Source of the DNA: a virus
Taxonomy: Duplodnaviria > Caudoviricetes
IMG/VR virus record: IMGVR_UViG_3300046784_000021
Location: 4,794-68,793 of that record
Reading direction: 5' to 3' (one strand)
DNA: 64,000 nt
A program made the translations under genes and the position numbers. The notes under the pieces are model-generated. The model did no database searches and was not told the DNA's origin. It saw nothing but the letters and a program-made list of their open reading frames with translations. Shown one piece after another: positions 63,123 to 64,000 of this stretch (position 1 is the first letter of the stretch; each line of letters opens with the position of its first letter).

Positions 63123-63839
63123 TCAAGCCCTGCCGAGAATCCGGGCGGCATGGACTTCCGCCGTCGACTTCGGCTTCTCCACCGCGGCAGGCTTCGGCGC
63201 GCCCGTCGGGCGGGCCTTCGGCTTCGGCCGCTCCTGCTGCACGAACTCCGGGTACTCGGACTTCAGTCGGTCCACTTCGGACTCAGCGCCGTTGACGCCG
63301 TCTTCGTCCACGGTCAGGGCGTCCCAGTCGACGAGCTTCTCCAGGCGCTTCGGGTCCGCGAATCCGGCCTCGGCCAAGGCCGCCTTCATCGCGGCCTTCT
63401 TCATGGGCTCCCGGTAGCGGGCCTCGCCTTCCTCGCGGGCCTCGCGCAGCTGCTTCTCGTGGTCGGTCTCGTTGACGCGGGCGGCGTCCTCCAGCTCCTT
63501 GTTGCGGAGCCGGTGCCGCTTGGCGTCCTCGTTGGCCTTCTTCAACGCGGCCTGGGTGCGCGTCCACTCGTCCTTCGACGGCGCCTTGAACTCCGGCTCG
63601 CCCTTCTCCGCCGGGGGCTTCGGTTTCGGCGCCTCGCCCTCCGGCTCGGGCTCGTCGCCGACCTCGGTCTCCGGCTCCTCGTCGGGGGCATCCTCGACTT
63701 CGACGTCGGGCTCGTCGCCGTCTTCGGAGCCTCCGGCGATGACGTGGATCGGGCGGCCGTCGGCACGGTAGCCGAGGATCGTGCCGGGCGGCAGGCTGAT
63801 GCCGGTGGGGGTGTCGTCGGTGGTGGTGTGGATGCCCAT
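63123..63839 (-). CDS. Capsid scaffolding protein
   Basis: Acidic N-terminus, coiled coil ANEDAKRHRLRNKELE, upstream of capsid. Confidence 0.85.
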   Translation of the reverse strand: MGIHTTTDDTPTGISLPPGTILGYRADGRPIHVIAGGSEDGDEPDVEVEDAPDEEPETEVGDEPEPEGEAPKPKPPAEKGEPEFKAPSKDEWTRTQAALKKANEDAKRHRLRNKELEDAARVNETDHEKQLREAREEGEARYREPMKKAAMKAALAEAGFADPKRLEKLVDWDALTVDEDGVNGAESEVDRLKSEYPEFVQQERPKPKARPTGAPKPAAVEKPKSTAEVHAARILGRA

Positions 63840-63891
63840 CTGTGTTCTCCCATCACGGGGTTGGCGGCGACCCATCGGCGGGTGCCGGGCT

Positions 63892-64000
63892 TCATGCGGC
63901 GGCCGGGAAGCGGCCGGTGCGGATGGCGGTGCGGGCGTGGGCCTCGACCGCGGGCAGCAGGTCGCCGACGGTGCGCAGCAGTTCCCGAGCCGCCCGGATC
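63892..64000 (-). CDS. 3' end of upstream head gene (MuF-like position), partial
   Basis: IRAARELLRTVGDLLPAVEAHARTAIRTGRFPAAA-stop. Confidence 0.5.
   Translation of the reverse strand, partial: IRAARELLRTVGDLLPAVEAHARTAIRTGRFPAAA

Larger units (their letters stand above)
1..64000. mobile_element. Temperate actinophage (Streptomyces-type siphovirus), most of genome, integrase internal
   Basis: Capsid, tail, tape measure, lysis, tyrosine integrase, repressor, recombination and replication genes in canonical order; high GC; no housekeeping host genes seen. Confidence 0.95.

Noticed and set aside
1-64000. tRNA, rRNA or tmRNA genes
   Set aside because: No convincing T-loop/acceptor-stem pattern found by eye, including near att; tRNAscan-SE/ARAGORN would be decisive

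Overview
The whole window is a high-GC, Streptomyces-type temperate siphovirus laid out in virion/excised-circle order. Reading the minus strand from 64000 down: head genes (scaffold, major capsid, connectors), tail genes (major tail, an inserted endonuclease VII gene, frameshifted tail assembly chaperones, tape measure, minor tail proteins), then an antisense 11-gene operon with two NAD-dependent sugar epimerase/dehydratases and three glycosyltransferases (40270-47151), and a lysis cassette (truncated GH25 lysin, amidase endolysin, holin, collagen-like protein). An accessory/defence-like island follows (30.2-37.6 kb: 25-aa leader + HNH-SF2 helicase + partner; hypothetical + PIN; NsdA-like regulator + NUDIX). 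Next come a candidate attP, a tyrosine integrase and the repressor/Cro switch. The early arm carries an antirepressor, YqaJ + ERF, a RuvC-like resolvase, a ParB-like protein, two separate initiator modules with their own iterons, DnaB, Thg1, a thermonuclease, a DprA + PRTase pair, and DUF2637/DUF6221/WYL small genes. Terminase and portal lie outside the window. No tRNA or CRISPR array was seen. The best candidates for undescribed biology are the glycosylation operon with duplicated XRE-zinc-finger regulators, the HNH-helicase operon inside a hairpin-delimited cassette array, the Thg1/nuclease pair, and several non-coding repeat systems. All family assignments come from reading motifs by eye; no database search was run.
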